Shown here one piece after another: positions 54,303 to 63,150 of a DNA stretch of 64,000 nt. The position numbers were made by a program, and so were the translations under genes. The DNA is from a virus. The notes beneath the pieces were generated by a model. That model made no database searches. It worked only from the letters and a program-made list of their open reading frames with translations, and was not told where the DNA came from. Position 1 is the stretch's first letter, and each line of letters opens with the position of its first letter. Location: the IMG/VR virus record IMGVR_UViG_3300036823_000160, positions 13,537 through 77,536 of that record; one strand, given 5' to 3'.

Positions 54303-55937
54303 TCACACCGAGACCACGCCGGTGGTCTGCACGCGATTGACGGCGCCGGCCCTGGTCGCGGACCAGGTGATGTTCGGCAGCAGGCGCTGTGCGCGATTCG
54401 TCGTGGAGATGGACGACACCTTCGGCACGTTCACCACGGGCTTCGGCGACGCCGCGTAGATGCCCATGTCGACCGCGCGGCCCAGCGAGCCGCGGATCTC
54501 CGCCTCGACGAGCGCCGCGCCTGCGTCCTCCATCGGGACCTTGTTCACCGCCACGAGCACGCCGAACACGGCCTTGTTCATGTCGTCGTTCACCCAGTCG
54601 TCGCCGCGGGTGTTGTCGATGAAGTCGCCGCTCGCGACCGTCCCATCGCACGTGATCCCGACGCCGGCCACGAACTGGTAGAAGTTCGCCGAGCGGGCAC
54701 GCAGGTTGATGCGGTCCGTGTCGGTGACCTTCGTGGTCGCGACGCCGGAGAGCGTCTTGAACTTCCAGTTGTCGTCACCCGGGTCGATCGGCAGCATCCG
54801 ACCGAGCCAGGCCGCCGACAGCATGTTCGCAGGGGACGGGTGGTACGAACCCGCCGTGCGCTCGCGAGCGAGCGTGTGGAGGTTGTCGAGCGTGTCGGCG
54901 GTCCCGCCGGTGCCGCCGGAGCTCTTGCAGGCGAGAGTCTCGGGGACATCCGCGAGGTAGATGAGGCTCTGCGTCTCGACCCACGCGGCGGCGGCGAGCA
55001 CGAGCGCCTGGCTGTTGTAGAGGGTCGTGAACGCGTACCAGTCCGAGTTCTCGAGCAGCATCGCGTTGAGGTCCGCGGCGATGCCCGGGTCCGCGTGCGA
55101 TTCCTTGTTCGACAGCGCGGTCGGGTCGACGACCTCGAGCGAGAACCAGTTCCCCGCCGCGGTGCCGGTGACCAGGAACGGGAGGATCGGCGAGAGCGTG
55201 CCGGCGACGTGCGTCACGTCGTTGGTGCCCGTGCCGTTCGAGCTCAGAACGATCGCGGTGCCTGCGAGCGCGTTCGCGAGCGAGGTCGCCAGGGCGATCG
55301 TGTTGGCGTCGATCCTGATGACGTAGTAGTTCGTCGAGACCGCGAGCCCAGTCGGCAGCGTGCCGCTCGTGGTGAGCTGAATCGGTCCGTCGCCGGTGTT
55401 GAGTCCGTGCCCGGTCGCAGTGAGCGTCCCCGCGGGCTGGCTCAGCACCGTGAACGGGATTGCGGTGAAGGTCGGCAGCGGCGCGAGCGCGGCTACGTAG
55501 TTGGCGCCCGTGACCGCATTGAGCGCGGTCACGAGACCGTTGTGGATCTCCTGCGCCGTCGCGGTCGAGTCGCTGTTGTAGATGGCCGTCGTCGGGGTGA
55601 CCCCCTGGCCGATGACGTTGATCTGGTACGACGTCGTGTCCGAGTTGCGAACCGCCGACTCGCCGATCGTGTACTGCTGCGTCGGCTTGTTCGCCGCGCG
55701 TCCGATGCAGAGCTGCTCCGGGTGTGGGGACTGCGACAGAATCGCGTCCGCTGCGAGGTACTCGGGCGACGTCGTCGCGAAGTCGTTACCGACGTCCGAG
55801 ATGCCGCTGTAGAACCGCACGCGCTCGGGGAACGAGGCGTTGTGCGACACGATCAGCGGGATCCCGAAGCCGGCGCGGGTGATCCCCACGGTCGCGGTCG
55901 AGATGACCAGGGAGCTGATCTCGGAGAGGGCGCTCAC
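54303..55937 (-). CDS. tail sheath protein (DUF3383-like)
   Basis: GFGIPL, SPEYLAA, PG..NWKFKTLSGV, FID..RG.DW. Confidence 0.88.
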   Translation of the reverse strand: MSALSEISSLVISTATVGITRAGFGIPLIVSHNASFPERVRFYSGISDVGNDFATTSPEYLAADAILSQSPHPEQLCIGRAANKPTQQYTIGESAVRNSDTTSYQINVIGQGVTPTTAIYNSDSTATAQEIHNGLVTALNAVTGANYVAALAPLPTFTAIPFTVLSQPAGTLTATGHGLNTGDGPIQLTTSGTLPTGLAVSTNYYVIRIDANTIALATSLANALAGTAIVLSSNGTGTNDVTHVAGTLSPILPFLVTGTAAGNWFSLEVVDPTALSNKESHADPGIAADLNAMLLENSDWYAFTTLYNSQALVLAAAAWVETQSLIYLADVPETLACKSSGGTGGTADTLDNLHTLARERTAGSYHPSPANMLSAAWLGRMLPIDPGDDNWKFKTLSGVATTKVTDTDRINLRARSANFYQFVAGVGITCDGTVASGDFIDNTRGDDWVNDDMNKAVFGVLVAVNKVPMEDAGAALVEAEIRGSLGRAVDMGIYAASPKPVVNVPKVSSISTTNRAQRLLPNITWSATRAGAVNRVQTTGVVSV

Positions 55938-55954
55938 CCCACTGGTCTAGCATC

Positions 55955-55970
55955 TGGCCTAATTATTGCA
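55955..55970 (+). promoter_or_regulatory. sigma54-like -24/-12 box
   Basis: TGGC-N7-TTGCA (GG-N10-GC), intergenic. Confidence 0.45.
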
Positions 55971-56015
55971 CGGATGACCAGGCGGCCCGCGCACGACGCC
56001 TCCCCTTGACCGGTA

Positions 56016-56912
56016 TCAGGTGCTTGGGATGTCCCAGGTCTCGCTGTCGACGTTGCCTAGCGCGTCTACGATCGCGGGCCGGACCTGAACGGCCTCGATG
56101 ATCGTGACGGGCTCACCCGTCTCCTCTGATGGAAGCGAGAGGCGGATCTCCAGTAGTGCGCGCGGCTCGAACAGCAACGCGTCGCGCACGCCCTGGACAA
56201 AGCGAACACGATCAGCGCGAAGCATCCCGACGTTCGCTACGTCCAGCGCGGTCATCTGGCTGTACCAGGCGCGGCGCGCACGGACGCGCTGGAGTAGCGC
56301 CACAGCCATGTCGGCGCCGATCGTTGGCGTCGCATGGCACTGGAGCTCGAGCACCGCGTGAACCATCGAGCGCGAGACCTCGAGGAGCTCGGCGCCAGCG
56401 CGCACCGTGGCCGTCGTCGCGGAGAGCGTGATCGTGCCCGACCCTGCCGACGTGAGGTCAATCGCTGTCGTGGGATTCCCGGCGCCCTGTCCTCCGCCGG
56501 TGTTCGCGTACGACGTCGCGAGCTGGACGTGCCCAGCATCCGTGACGATGATCCAGTAGTCGGTGGCGGTTGCGAGCGGCGCGGGTAGCGTAACGGTAGC
56601 GTCGAACTGCACAGGGCCGTCGCCGGTGAGCAGTCCGTGATTCGCGATCGCGAGCGTATCCGCGCTCATGTCGACGCCGGTCACGGTCAGTGTCGAGAAC
56701 ACGAACGGGTTCGGCTTCGTGTCTGCCCACGCCGGTCCGAATTCGCCGAGCGCGTTGAGACGCATCACGATCGCCGGCGCCGCCGGGCGCGGCGCGTCCT
56801 GCGCGTACCACACGACGCTCGCAGACGGCAGACCGGACCCGACGACAACCCACCCCTGAATCGCGTCGAGAACTCCCTCGTCCCAGCCCACGCCGCCGGC
56901 CGGGTCGCTCAT
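56016..56912 (-). CDS. neck/tail terminator protein with inserted domain
   Basis: Position before sheath; V.W..Q.APRP. Confidence 0.7.
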   Translation of the reverse strand: MSDPAGGVGWDEGVLDAIQGWVVVGSGLPSASVVWYAQDAPRPAAPAIVMRLNALGEFGPAWADTKPNPFVFSTLTVTGVDMSADTLAIANHGLLTGDGPVQFDATVTLPAPLATATDYWIIVTDAGHVQLATSYANTGGGQGAGNPTTAIDLTSAGSGTITLSATTATVRAGAELLEVSRSMVHAVLELQCHATPTIGADMAVALLQRVRARRAWYSQMTALDVANVGMLRADRVRFVQGVRDALLFEPRALLEIRLSLPSEETGEPVTIIEAVQVRPAIVDALGNVDSETWDIPST

Positions 56913-57295
56913 GACGCGCCCCCGGTCTGCTTGGTGATCACACACCTGTAGTGGATGTCGCCGGCGAGGTTGTACTCCTCGACGCGATCCACGGTCCAGT
57001 CCGCGCCCTCGAAGCCCGTGAGCACGTCGGGGTCGGTGCCCGGCGAGCGCGCGAACAGCTTCGTGGCCGTGTGCAGCTGGCGCACGTCTGGCGTCTCCTG
57101 CAGGTCCACACGGGCGTGCATGTCTGCGCCGCCGACGACTCGCGAGATGTTGTACGCGTTCTGGACGACGCCGATGATCGTGACCGTCGTCGGAGATGGA
57201 TCCGGCACGTAGCGCCCGTTCACGTACGCGCCCGTGACCGTGCGGCGAATCGTGAGCGGCCCTCCGAAGGACGCGATGACGTCGGAGAGACTCAC
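56909..57295 (-). CDS. head closure/head-tail adaptor
   Basis: G.YVNGRY; position. Confidence 0.7.
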   Translation of the reverse strand: MSLSDVIASFGGPLTIRRTVTGAYVNGRYVPDPSPTTVTIIGVVQNAYNISRVVGGADMHARVDLQETPDVRQLHTATKLFARSPGTDPDVLTGFEGADWTVDRVEEYNLAGDIHYRCVITKQTGGAS

Positions 57296-57951
57296 TCGTC
57301 GCCTCCCCGTACCCGATAGCCCTCGTAGTCCTCGCTCGAGGCGCCGGCGTCGAGGGTAGTTCCGCCTTGTCGCACAACCTGGTGGGTGATCGCGGCCGCC
57401 AACTGGCCTACGTCGACGAGCGGATGATCGAATCCCTTTTGCTTCACGGTCGAGGCCGCGTTCGCTGGTGGCACCCCATCGGCCACCGCGCGCCGCGAAA
57501 GCGCCGCGAGCTTCTCACCGGCCACATCCGCGGCCGCGGCGGGGTCCGCGTCGCCCATCACGACCGCTCGAATCGCGTCGGTCATGATTTTGAACACCTC
57601 GGGGTTCGCGTGCGTGATCACGTCGCGAAGAAAGGAGCGCCGCGGCACGTGGCCGTCGTCGGACCCGAACTCGTTGATGGTCGCGACCTCGGCGTTCGTG
57701 AGCCGCCCGTCGCCGTGTGCGAGCCCGGCCTTCTGCCCGACGACGCCGACGCGGATGGTGGTCTTTCCGATCCGCTGGATCGCGTACGCGAGCCGCGCCA
57801 GTCCGCGATCGACGAACACGACCCGGCTGCGGCCGCCATCGAGCTGCTGGAGGCGCTCGACACGCTCTACACGATCGGCGGTCTCGACGCGGTCCGCGGT
57901 CGCGACGCGCGCGGCGCGCTCTACCGCTTCGACCTGGTCCGAGGTCGGCAT
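57292..57951 (-). CDS. neck/morphogenesis protein
   Basis: VATINEFG...VPRRSFLR, PPANAAST...KG...PLVD.GQL. Confidence 0.8.
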   Translation of the reverse strand: MPTSDQVEAVERAARVATADRVETADRVERVERLQQLDGGRSRVVFVDRGLARLAYAIQRIGKTTIRVGVVGQKAGLAHGDGRLTNAEVATINEFGSDDGHVPRRSFLRDVITHANPEVFKIMTDAIRAVVMGDADPAAAADVAGEKLAALSRRAVADGVPPANAASTVKQKGFDHPLVDVGQLAAAITHQVVRQGGTTLDAGASSEDYEGYRVRGGDE

Positions 57952-58319
57952 CAGAGCACCATCGGTCCGGCGGCCTGGGACATCGAAAGGATGTCCAGGT
58001 ACATCTGCCCGAACGCCGTCGAGCCAAGCGCGCCGCTGCCGGCCCACGCTGCGTACATGCCGAAGCTCTGGCGCAGCGTACCTGCGGACTGTGAGGTCAC
58101 CGGTCCGGCGGCCCCCGAGGTGCCGCGAAGCGTGAGCGTGCCGATGTGCGCGGCGAGGAAGATCTTCGCCATACGATCGACCTGCACGGTCTCACCGAGG
58201 ACGGTGAGGTCCTGCTCGTTGACGTACGCCAGAATGTCCGCAAGCGCGCCGCTCGTGACGAGCGAGGTCAGCGCCGGCGCGAATCCGGTGACATCAGATT
58301 GGACGATCGGCGCCGCCAC
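57951..58319 (-). CDS. head-tail connector (DUF4054-like)
   Basis: LAAH, G.VTS.SAG, LGSTAFGQ.Y. Confidence 0.8.
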   Translation of the reverse strand: MAAPIVQSDVTGFAPALTSLVTSGALADILAYVNEQDLTVLGETVQVDRMAKIFLAAHIGTLTLRGTSGAAGPVTSQSAGTLRQSFGMYAAWAGSGALGSTAFGQMYLDILSMSQAAGPMVL

Positions 58320-58332
58320 CTGGTCGGGCTCC

Positions 58333-58635
58333 TCAGAAGTTGATGTTCCGCGTGATCGACGCCTTACCCGTCGTCGAATCCGCGATGATCGAGAGGTCCG
58401 CGCCGTCGTCACCCCGGAATACGAGCGGGAAGTTGGCGGGCCAAAGCATGCAACCCGCGCCGCTGACCGAGGCCGGCGTGGCCGTAAGCGCAGCGTCGGA
58501 GCCCTGCTTGATCCAGAGCGCGACGTTGGACACCAAGGTCCAGAACTGGCCCGCGGCCATCGCCGCGCCCATGTTCGCGGCCGATGCGCCGACCGCGTGG
58601 TTGACCGAACTGTTGGTGACGGGGGTAAGGATCAT
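58333..58635 (-). CDS. hypothetical structural protein
   Basis: ORF in head operon. Confidence 0.6.
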   Translation of the reverse strand: MILTPVTNSSVNHAVGASAANMGAAMAAGQFWTLVSNVALWIKQGSDAALTATPASVSGAGCMLWPANFPLVFRGDDGADLSIIADSTTGKASITRNINF

Positions 58636-58722
58636 GACTTGCTCCCAGAACGAGAACGAGCCCCGCATCGGGGAGACGCGGGGCTCGAGAGGCGGGCGAG
58701 CACTGCCCCCGTGGGCGCGGGA

Positions 58723-59847
58723 TCAGAAAGTGGTCGCGTACCCGATCGACTGCGGCACGTACGTGGCAATGCCGCCCGTGCGCATCTCGCAGAACGTCTT
58801 CACCTTGAAGCCGTTGATCTGCGGCATCTTCTGCAGGAACTCCATCGGGACCAGGAGCTCGAACCGGCTCTTGTCGTTCTTGTACGCGAGCATGCGGCGC
58901 GACGCGCCCCACGGTGCGTTCGTGGACACGCCGCCGATGTTGCGGGTCGCCTCGAGCTTCTGCGTGCGGACGACAACCTTCACCATGTCGTTGTTCTTGG
59001 TGAAGGTCTTCAGGATCGTGCGGGTCGAACCGTCGCCGACGCGGCGCGAGTTGATGTACTCGTACGCGGAGTTCGGTAGCACCCACGTGTCCGGCTCCGA
59101 CGTCTCGTTCGTGTTGACCGAGATGAGGTTGCCGAGGCCGTTCAGGTCCTTGAGGACGTCGTCGACCGGCTTGTTCTCCCAGACGGCTGTGCCGCTGGGG
59201 TCGGTCGCGATCGGGGTGTACACCGTGACGGACGTGCCGCCCGAGGTCGGCAGGGTCGCGAGACCAAGGATCTTGGTCTTCGACTCGCCGAGCCACGCGA
59301 TGTCGTCGAGCTTGCGCGCCATGATCTCGCGGCACGCCTTCGCCTTCATCGACGGCAGCGGCATGCGGGCGTAGATCGCCTTGCGTGCCTCGTCGTCCGA
59401 GTACGCGTAGCCGAACGCGAACCCGAACAGGTCGCCGGTCGCGCTCGTCACCTTCAGCTCGACCATCGGGATGTCGTCCGACTGGTCCTTGTTGACCTGG
59501 ACGTCACCGCTCAGATCGACCGCGCGAGCCGTGAACTGCTCGACACCCGGATCGATCTCCGTGTTCCACGGCATCGCGAACCGCGACTTGAGCGTCGGGT
59601 AGAGGACGTAGAACAGCTCCTCGCGGATGAACTCGAGCTGCCGCGCGATGAACGACGACTCGGCCGCGTCCATGTGCCCGGTGAAGTCCCAGCGAAGGCC
59701 GGACATGTCCGGGTCGCGAAGGTCGAAGTCGAGCGCGTGCCGACGAGCCATGTCCTCGAGCTCGTCATGACGAGCGCGAATGCCGTCCTCATCGAGGTGA
59801 TCGAGCTCGTCGAGGTGCGCCTGGGTGGTGTGATCGATGATCAGCAT
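58723..59847 (-). CDS. major capsid protein (DUF2184-like)
   Basis: FIARQLE.I, DDIP.V, IAWLGE.....GL, PDT.VLP, RTGG. Confidence 0.88.
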   Translation of the reverse strand: MLIIDHTTQAHLDELDHLDEDGIRARHDELEDMARRHALDFDLRDPDMSGLRWDFTGHMDAAESSFIARQLEFIREELFYVLYPTLKSRFAMPWNTEIDPGVEQFTARAVDLSGDVQVNKDQSDDIPMVELKVTSATGDLFGFAFGYAYSDDEARKAIYARMPLPSMKAKACREIMARKLDDIAWLGESKTKILGLATLPTSGGTSVTVYTPIATDPSGTAVWENKPVDDVLKDLNGLGNLISVNTNETSEPDTWVLPNSAYEYINSRRVGDGSTRTILKTFTKNNDMVKVVVRTQKLEATRNIGGVSTNAPWGASRRMLAYKNDKSRFELLVPMEFLQKMPQINGFKVKTFCEMRTGGIATYVPQSIGYATTF

Positions 59848-59871
59848 GTCTGTTTTCTCTTTGCTCGCGGT

Positions 59872-60291
59872 TCAGAGCAGGCGGCCCTCGACGCGGACGG
59901 CGCCGGGAGGCAGGGTCTGGGTTCCGTGGAGGGTGCACACCAGGTCGAGAACGCCGCCTGGCGGGATGACGAGGTCGGGAGCCGAAGCGCTCAGCACGAG
60001 TGCCTCGATCGTGTTGGCTGGCAGCGAGCCCTGCGCGCCGGTCAGCGTCGACCAGGACGCGGCGTTGTTGCCGGTCGCCGGGTTGAATGCGCCGATGACG
60101 AAGTAGTTCGTCGGATCCTGAGCGAGGCCGGTCGGATTCACGTACAGGACGCGATCGACCTTGAACGCGCGGCCCGGCGGCGCCTTGTAGATCTGGATCG
60201 TCACCGTCGCCGACTCGGCGACGTGCGAATACGGGACGACCTCGCGATCCTGGAGGAAGTCGTTCGTGCGGCGGTTGCTTGAGGTCGTCAT
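59872..60291 (-). CDS. hypothetical virion protein
   Basis: Beta-rich ORF in head operon. Confidence 0.65.
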   Translation of the reverse strand: MTTSSNRRTNDFLQDREVVPYSHVAESATVTIQIYKAPPGRAFKVDRVLYVNPTGLAQDPTNYFVIGAFNPATGNNAASWSTLTGAQGSLPANTIEALVLSASAPDLVIPPGGVLDLVCTLHGTQTLPPGAVRVEGRLL

Positions 60292-60323
60292 GATGGTCCT
60301 GGACTAGGCGGTCAGGCCGCGGA

Positions 60324-60863
60324 TCAGACGTTCACGAGGTCGAACTCGAGCCACGCGCCGCCGCCCGCCGCCGCCGTGCTCATCCACTGAGCGGAGTCGT
60401 GGAAATCGAGCGTCGTGCTGGCCTGCGTGGCGTTGCCGCACTGGCCCTTGGCCGTGTACGGGCCGCCGACTGCGTACGAGACGAACAGGCGATCGCCCGG
60501 AACGCAGCCGGTGATGCAAGTCACGTAGATCCGACCCTTGCGGGCGATGTTCATGACCGAGCCGACGGTGACGCCGACCGCATCGAGCTGGCCGTGCGAG
60601 CCGTTCTCGTCCGTCCATGCGCGCGAGTACGCGTCGGAGCGGAACAGGAAGCCGACGATCTTGTCGGTGCTGACAGCCGGGATGTAGCTGTCGAGGTCCG
60701 TGGTGGGCGACGGCTTGAACGCGACCGGGGTGCCGAACGGAATCGACGCCGTGTCGGTGTTGATCATCGGGTCGCTGTCCTGCGGCTTGCTGCTGAGGCT
60801 GCCGATGAACGCGACCGTCTGGAGGTCGTTGAACGTGGTCTGGAGAGCGGCGATCGAGCCCAT
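60324..60863 (-). CDS. capsid decoration/cement protein
   Basis: IPFG..V, ARKGRIYV; between protease and MCP. Confidence 0.75.
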   Translation of the reverse strand: MGSIAALQTTFNDLQTVAFIGSLSSKPQDSDPMINTDTASIPFGTPVAFKPSPTTDLDSYIPAVSTDKIVGFLFRSDAYSRAWTDENGSHGQLDAVGVTVGSVMNIARKGRIYVTCITGCVPGDRLFVSYAVGGPYTAKGQCGNATQASTTLDFHDSAQWMSTAAAGGGAWLEFDLVNV

Positions 60864-60875
60864 GGCGGGTTCCTT

Positions 60876-62390
60876 TCAGTCGTCGACGCTGTGCGCGTCG
60901 TTGGTCACGCCGGTGCTCGTGCGCCGGCTGCGGTTCTGCATCGCGATGCGCGCGGCCTTTTCACGCGCCGCCGAGGGCACGCGCGAGTTGACGGGCTTGC
61001 GCGCGTCCTGGCGGCCCTTCTCGACCGTGGTGCGCACGGTCGAGTGCGAGCCCGCCGCACGGGCGTGGTTGCGAACCGCGACCTTGAACATGCCGGCGAC
61101 GAAGTCGTCGGTCTCGTCCTCCGACACTTCCTCGCCGTCGACGTGCGTGATGACGGCGGCCTGGATCGCGCGGTCGGTCATCTTCGCGAGATCGACCGCG
61201 TTGCCCTTCGCGTCCTTGCCGATGATCGGCGTCGCCGCCGAGACGAGCTCGACGCGCGCGTTCACGCGACCCTCGAACTCGCCCTCTGCGTCCAGCCGCG
61301 CCTTCTCGACGTCGGCCTTGGCCTTCTCCTCGGCCGCATCGGCGCGCTTCTTCTCGGCACCGACCTCGGTCTTGGAGGCGTGGGCCTCGACGCGTGCCTT
61401 GTCGCGGTCCTTCTCGGCCTGGTCCGCACGAGCGTAGTGCGCGTCGCGGTCCTTCTCGGCCTGGTCCGCACGAGCCTTGTGGGCGGCGGATTCCTCGATC
61501 AGCTTCTTGGTCTGTTCGTCCATGGCGCTTCCCTGGTCATCATGACCGATGGCACGAGAATTGCAACTACACGCCGAATCGAGGCGACTTCCCCACTCCT
61601 GTTCGAAGTGCTTGGCGTCGATCCCGAGCGCGTTCGCGCGCGAAAGGATGTGGTGGTACGCGGCCTTCTTAGCGGCGGCGGATGGCCAGTGCTTCTCGGC
61701 ACCGAACCGGGCCATCGCATCGCGAACGTGATCAGCGTTCTCGAGCGGAAGTTCGTGGGCGGACGGGACGGCGAAGTCCGCCGGCGGAAGCTCGTGGCGC
61801 GTGGCCGCGGTCAGCTTCCCGTCCTGGTTCATCTCGTCATCGCAGTTCTCGCTCTCCATGTCATCCTCATCGGTGCGGACCTCGCACGTGGCGCCACAAC
61901 GCGCGCGCGGCACGAGCGCCAAGTGGTCGACGTCCGTGTTGCGCTGGAATCCGTCCTCGTCGAGATCCGCGTCGTAGCCGAGGCTCAGCTCGCGGACACC
62001 GCGCACCATCGCGCGCGGCCCTTCGGGGTGTGTGAACACGAGCTTGGCGATCGCGTGGTCACCGTCGACGCGGGTCTCGCCGACGTGGCCTACTACGAGC
62101 GCCTGGCCGCCAGCGCGCAGGTGCTTCCCGTTCCTCGGGTGCAGGACGATGATCGGCTTTCCGACCGCCCGTGCCGCGAGCTTCTTGAGCTCGGAGGCAT
62201 CCCGGAGCTCGGCGCGCGCTGGCCGGCCGGCCTTGCTCGGGTAGCGAAGGGGGTTCGACGGCCCGTGCAGGCGCGCGATGCGGCCCTCGTATACGGCCCC
62301 TTCCGGGGACGCGAGCTCGGCGGAGTCGCCAAGCCGGTCGCGGCGCACACGGCTGATCACCAGGTATGAATACCGCGGTTCACTGGTCAC
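60876..62390 (-). CDS. prohead protease (DUF2213-like) fused to scaffold; start uncertain
   Basis: PI...HP, ELSLGY, HLALVPRARCG; C-terminal coiled coil. Confidence 0.85.
   Translation of the reverse strand: MTSEPRYSYLVISRVRRDRLGDSAELASPEGAVYEGRIARLHGPSNPLRYPSKAGRPARAELRDASELKKLAARAVGKPIIVLHPRNGKHLRAGGQALVVGHVGETRVDGDHAIAKLVFTHPEGPRAMVRGVRELSLGYDADLDEDGFQRNTDVDHLALVPRARCGATCEVRTDEDDMESENCDDEMNQDGKLTAATRHELPPADFAVPSAHELPLENADHVRDAMARFGAEKHWPSAAAKKAAYHHILSRANALGIDAKHFEQEWGSRLDSACSCNSRAIGHDDQGSAMDEQTKKLIEESAAHKARADQAEKDRDAHYARADQAEKDRDKARVEAHASKTEVGAEKKRADAAEEKAKADVEKARLDAEGEFEGRVNARVELVSAATPIIGKDAKGNAVDLAKMTDRAIQAAVITHVDGEEVSEDETDDFVAGMFKVAVRNHARAAGSHSTVRTTVEKGRQDARKPVNSRVPSAAREKAARIAMQNRSRRTSTGVTNDAHSVDD
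61401..61475. repeat. 33-bp exact repeat at 42-bp period
   Basis: Encodes ARADQAEKDRD twice. Confidence 0.9.
61550..61565 (+). promoter_or_regulatory. sigma54 consensus box, antisense within protease gene
   Basis: TGGCACG-AGAA-TTGCA. Confidence 0.55.
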
Positions 62391-62405
62391 GCAAGAGTCG
62401 TGCCA
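62390..62405 (-). promoter_or_regulatory. sigma54 promoter candidate for the head operon
   Basis: TGGCACG-ACTC-TTGCG on - strand. Confidence 0.6.
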
Positions 62406-62425
62406 ATCGGTGGACGATGACGACG

Positions 62426-62497
62426 AGGCCGAGGCGGGAATCGAACCCGAGGGCGCGCTTGAAAGGCGAGCGACCGCACCAGCAGTGAACCGCGGCC
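62426..62497 (-). tRNA. tRNA-Glu(TTC), degenerate
   Basis: Loop CT-TTC-AA, GGTTCGATTCC; stem mismatches. Confidence 0.6.
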
Positions 62498-62502
62498 AAG
62501 AG

Positions 62503-62589
62503 CGGAGAACGGGGGACTCGAACCCCGACCAGTGCGAACCGGCCCGTCGCGTTAGCAGTGCGCGCCGTCACCTCGACGATCAGCTCTCC
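62503..62589 (-). tRNA. tRNA-Ser(GCT), non-canonical
   Basis: Long variable arm, G73, 4-bp T stem. Confidence 0.7.
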
Positions 62590-62590
62590 G

Positions 62591-62687
62591 TGGCGGAAGA
62601 AGGACGAGTTGAACGCCTGTCAGGCGGGACTCACCCTACCGATCCGCTTTCGAGGCGGCCCCCGGACCAACTCCAGGATCATCTTCC
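62591..62687 (-). tRNA. tRNA-Ser(CGA), 8/4 Sec-like fold
   Basis: GGAAGATG...CTTCTTCC-GCCA, 6-bp D stem, long variable arm. Confidence 0.75.
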
Positions 62688-62693
62688 ATGTCG

Positions 62694-62764
62694 TCGTCTC
62701 GCCGGGAGTCGCACCCTGGTCATCGGCCTTCGGAGAGCCGCGTCGCATCTTCGCGCTCGAGACG
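62694..62764 (-). tRNA. tRNA-Arg(CCG)
   Basis: CGGCT-CTCCGAA-GGCCG; perfect acceptor stem. Confidence 0.75.
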
Positions 62765-62768
62765 TTCG

Positions 62769-62841
62769 TGCGATCGGCAGGGCTCGAACCTGCGTGGGCC
62801 TCGCTTAGGAAACGAGGTGCCGTCCTGTCGGCGTCGGTCGC
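62769..62841 (-). tRNA. tRNA-Arg(CCT)
   Basis: CTCGT-TTCCTAA-GCGAG. Confidence 0.8.
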
Positions 62842-62842
62842 G

Positions 62843-62916
62843 TGGAGCACGAGCCCGGAGTCGAACCGGAGCACGAGACGTTGCAAGCCTCGTCCCCGCC
62901 GTGGAGCTGCTCGTGC
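62843..62916 (-). tRNA. tRNA-Cys(GCA)
   Basis: GAGGC-TTGCAAC-GTCTC, U73, encoded CCA. Confidence 0.75.
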
Positions 62917-62921
62917 ACTCG

Positions 62922-62991
62922 TTCGGGACCAGGGAGTCGAACCCTGATCGGCGATTTCAAAGACCGCCTTCGGCTGCCGGCCGCGCCCCGA
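62922..62991 (-). tRNA. tRNA-Gln(TTG)
   Basis: GCGGT-CTTTGAA-ATCGC, U1-A72. Confidence 0.75.
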
Positions 62992-62997
62992 TCATCG

Positions 62998-63068
62998 AGC
63001 CACCACCAGGAGTCGAACCTGGACCGCCGACGTACCAGGTCGGTGCACGGCCATCGTGCTGTAGCGGC
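62998..63068 (-). tRNA. tRNA-Thr(GGT)
   Basis: CCGAC-CTGGTAC-GTCGG. Confidence 0.8.
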
Positions 63069-63073
63069 GAACG

Positions 63074-63146
63074 TGGATAGGACGGGAATCGAACCCGCCG
63101 CAGCCGCATTGCAAGTGCAGCTCGCCCCCTTGGGACATGCCTACCC
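63074..63146 (-). tRNA. tRNA-Ala(TGC)
   Basis: CTGCA-CTTGCAA-TGCGG, G3:U70. Confidence 0.85.
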
Positions 63147-63150
63147 GTAG

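Noticed and set aside
62591-62687. Selenocysteine tRNA or stop-codon recoding
   Set aside because: Anticodon is CGA, not TCA; genes end normally at TGA, TAG and TAA.
77-63000. Many long antisense or alternate-frame ORFs (e.g. 17323-18645, 27740-29110, 57367-59079, 60399-62369)
   Set aside because: Shadow ORFs expected in high-GC DNA; Arg/Ala/Pro-rich, motif-free and overlapping well-supported genes.
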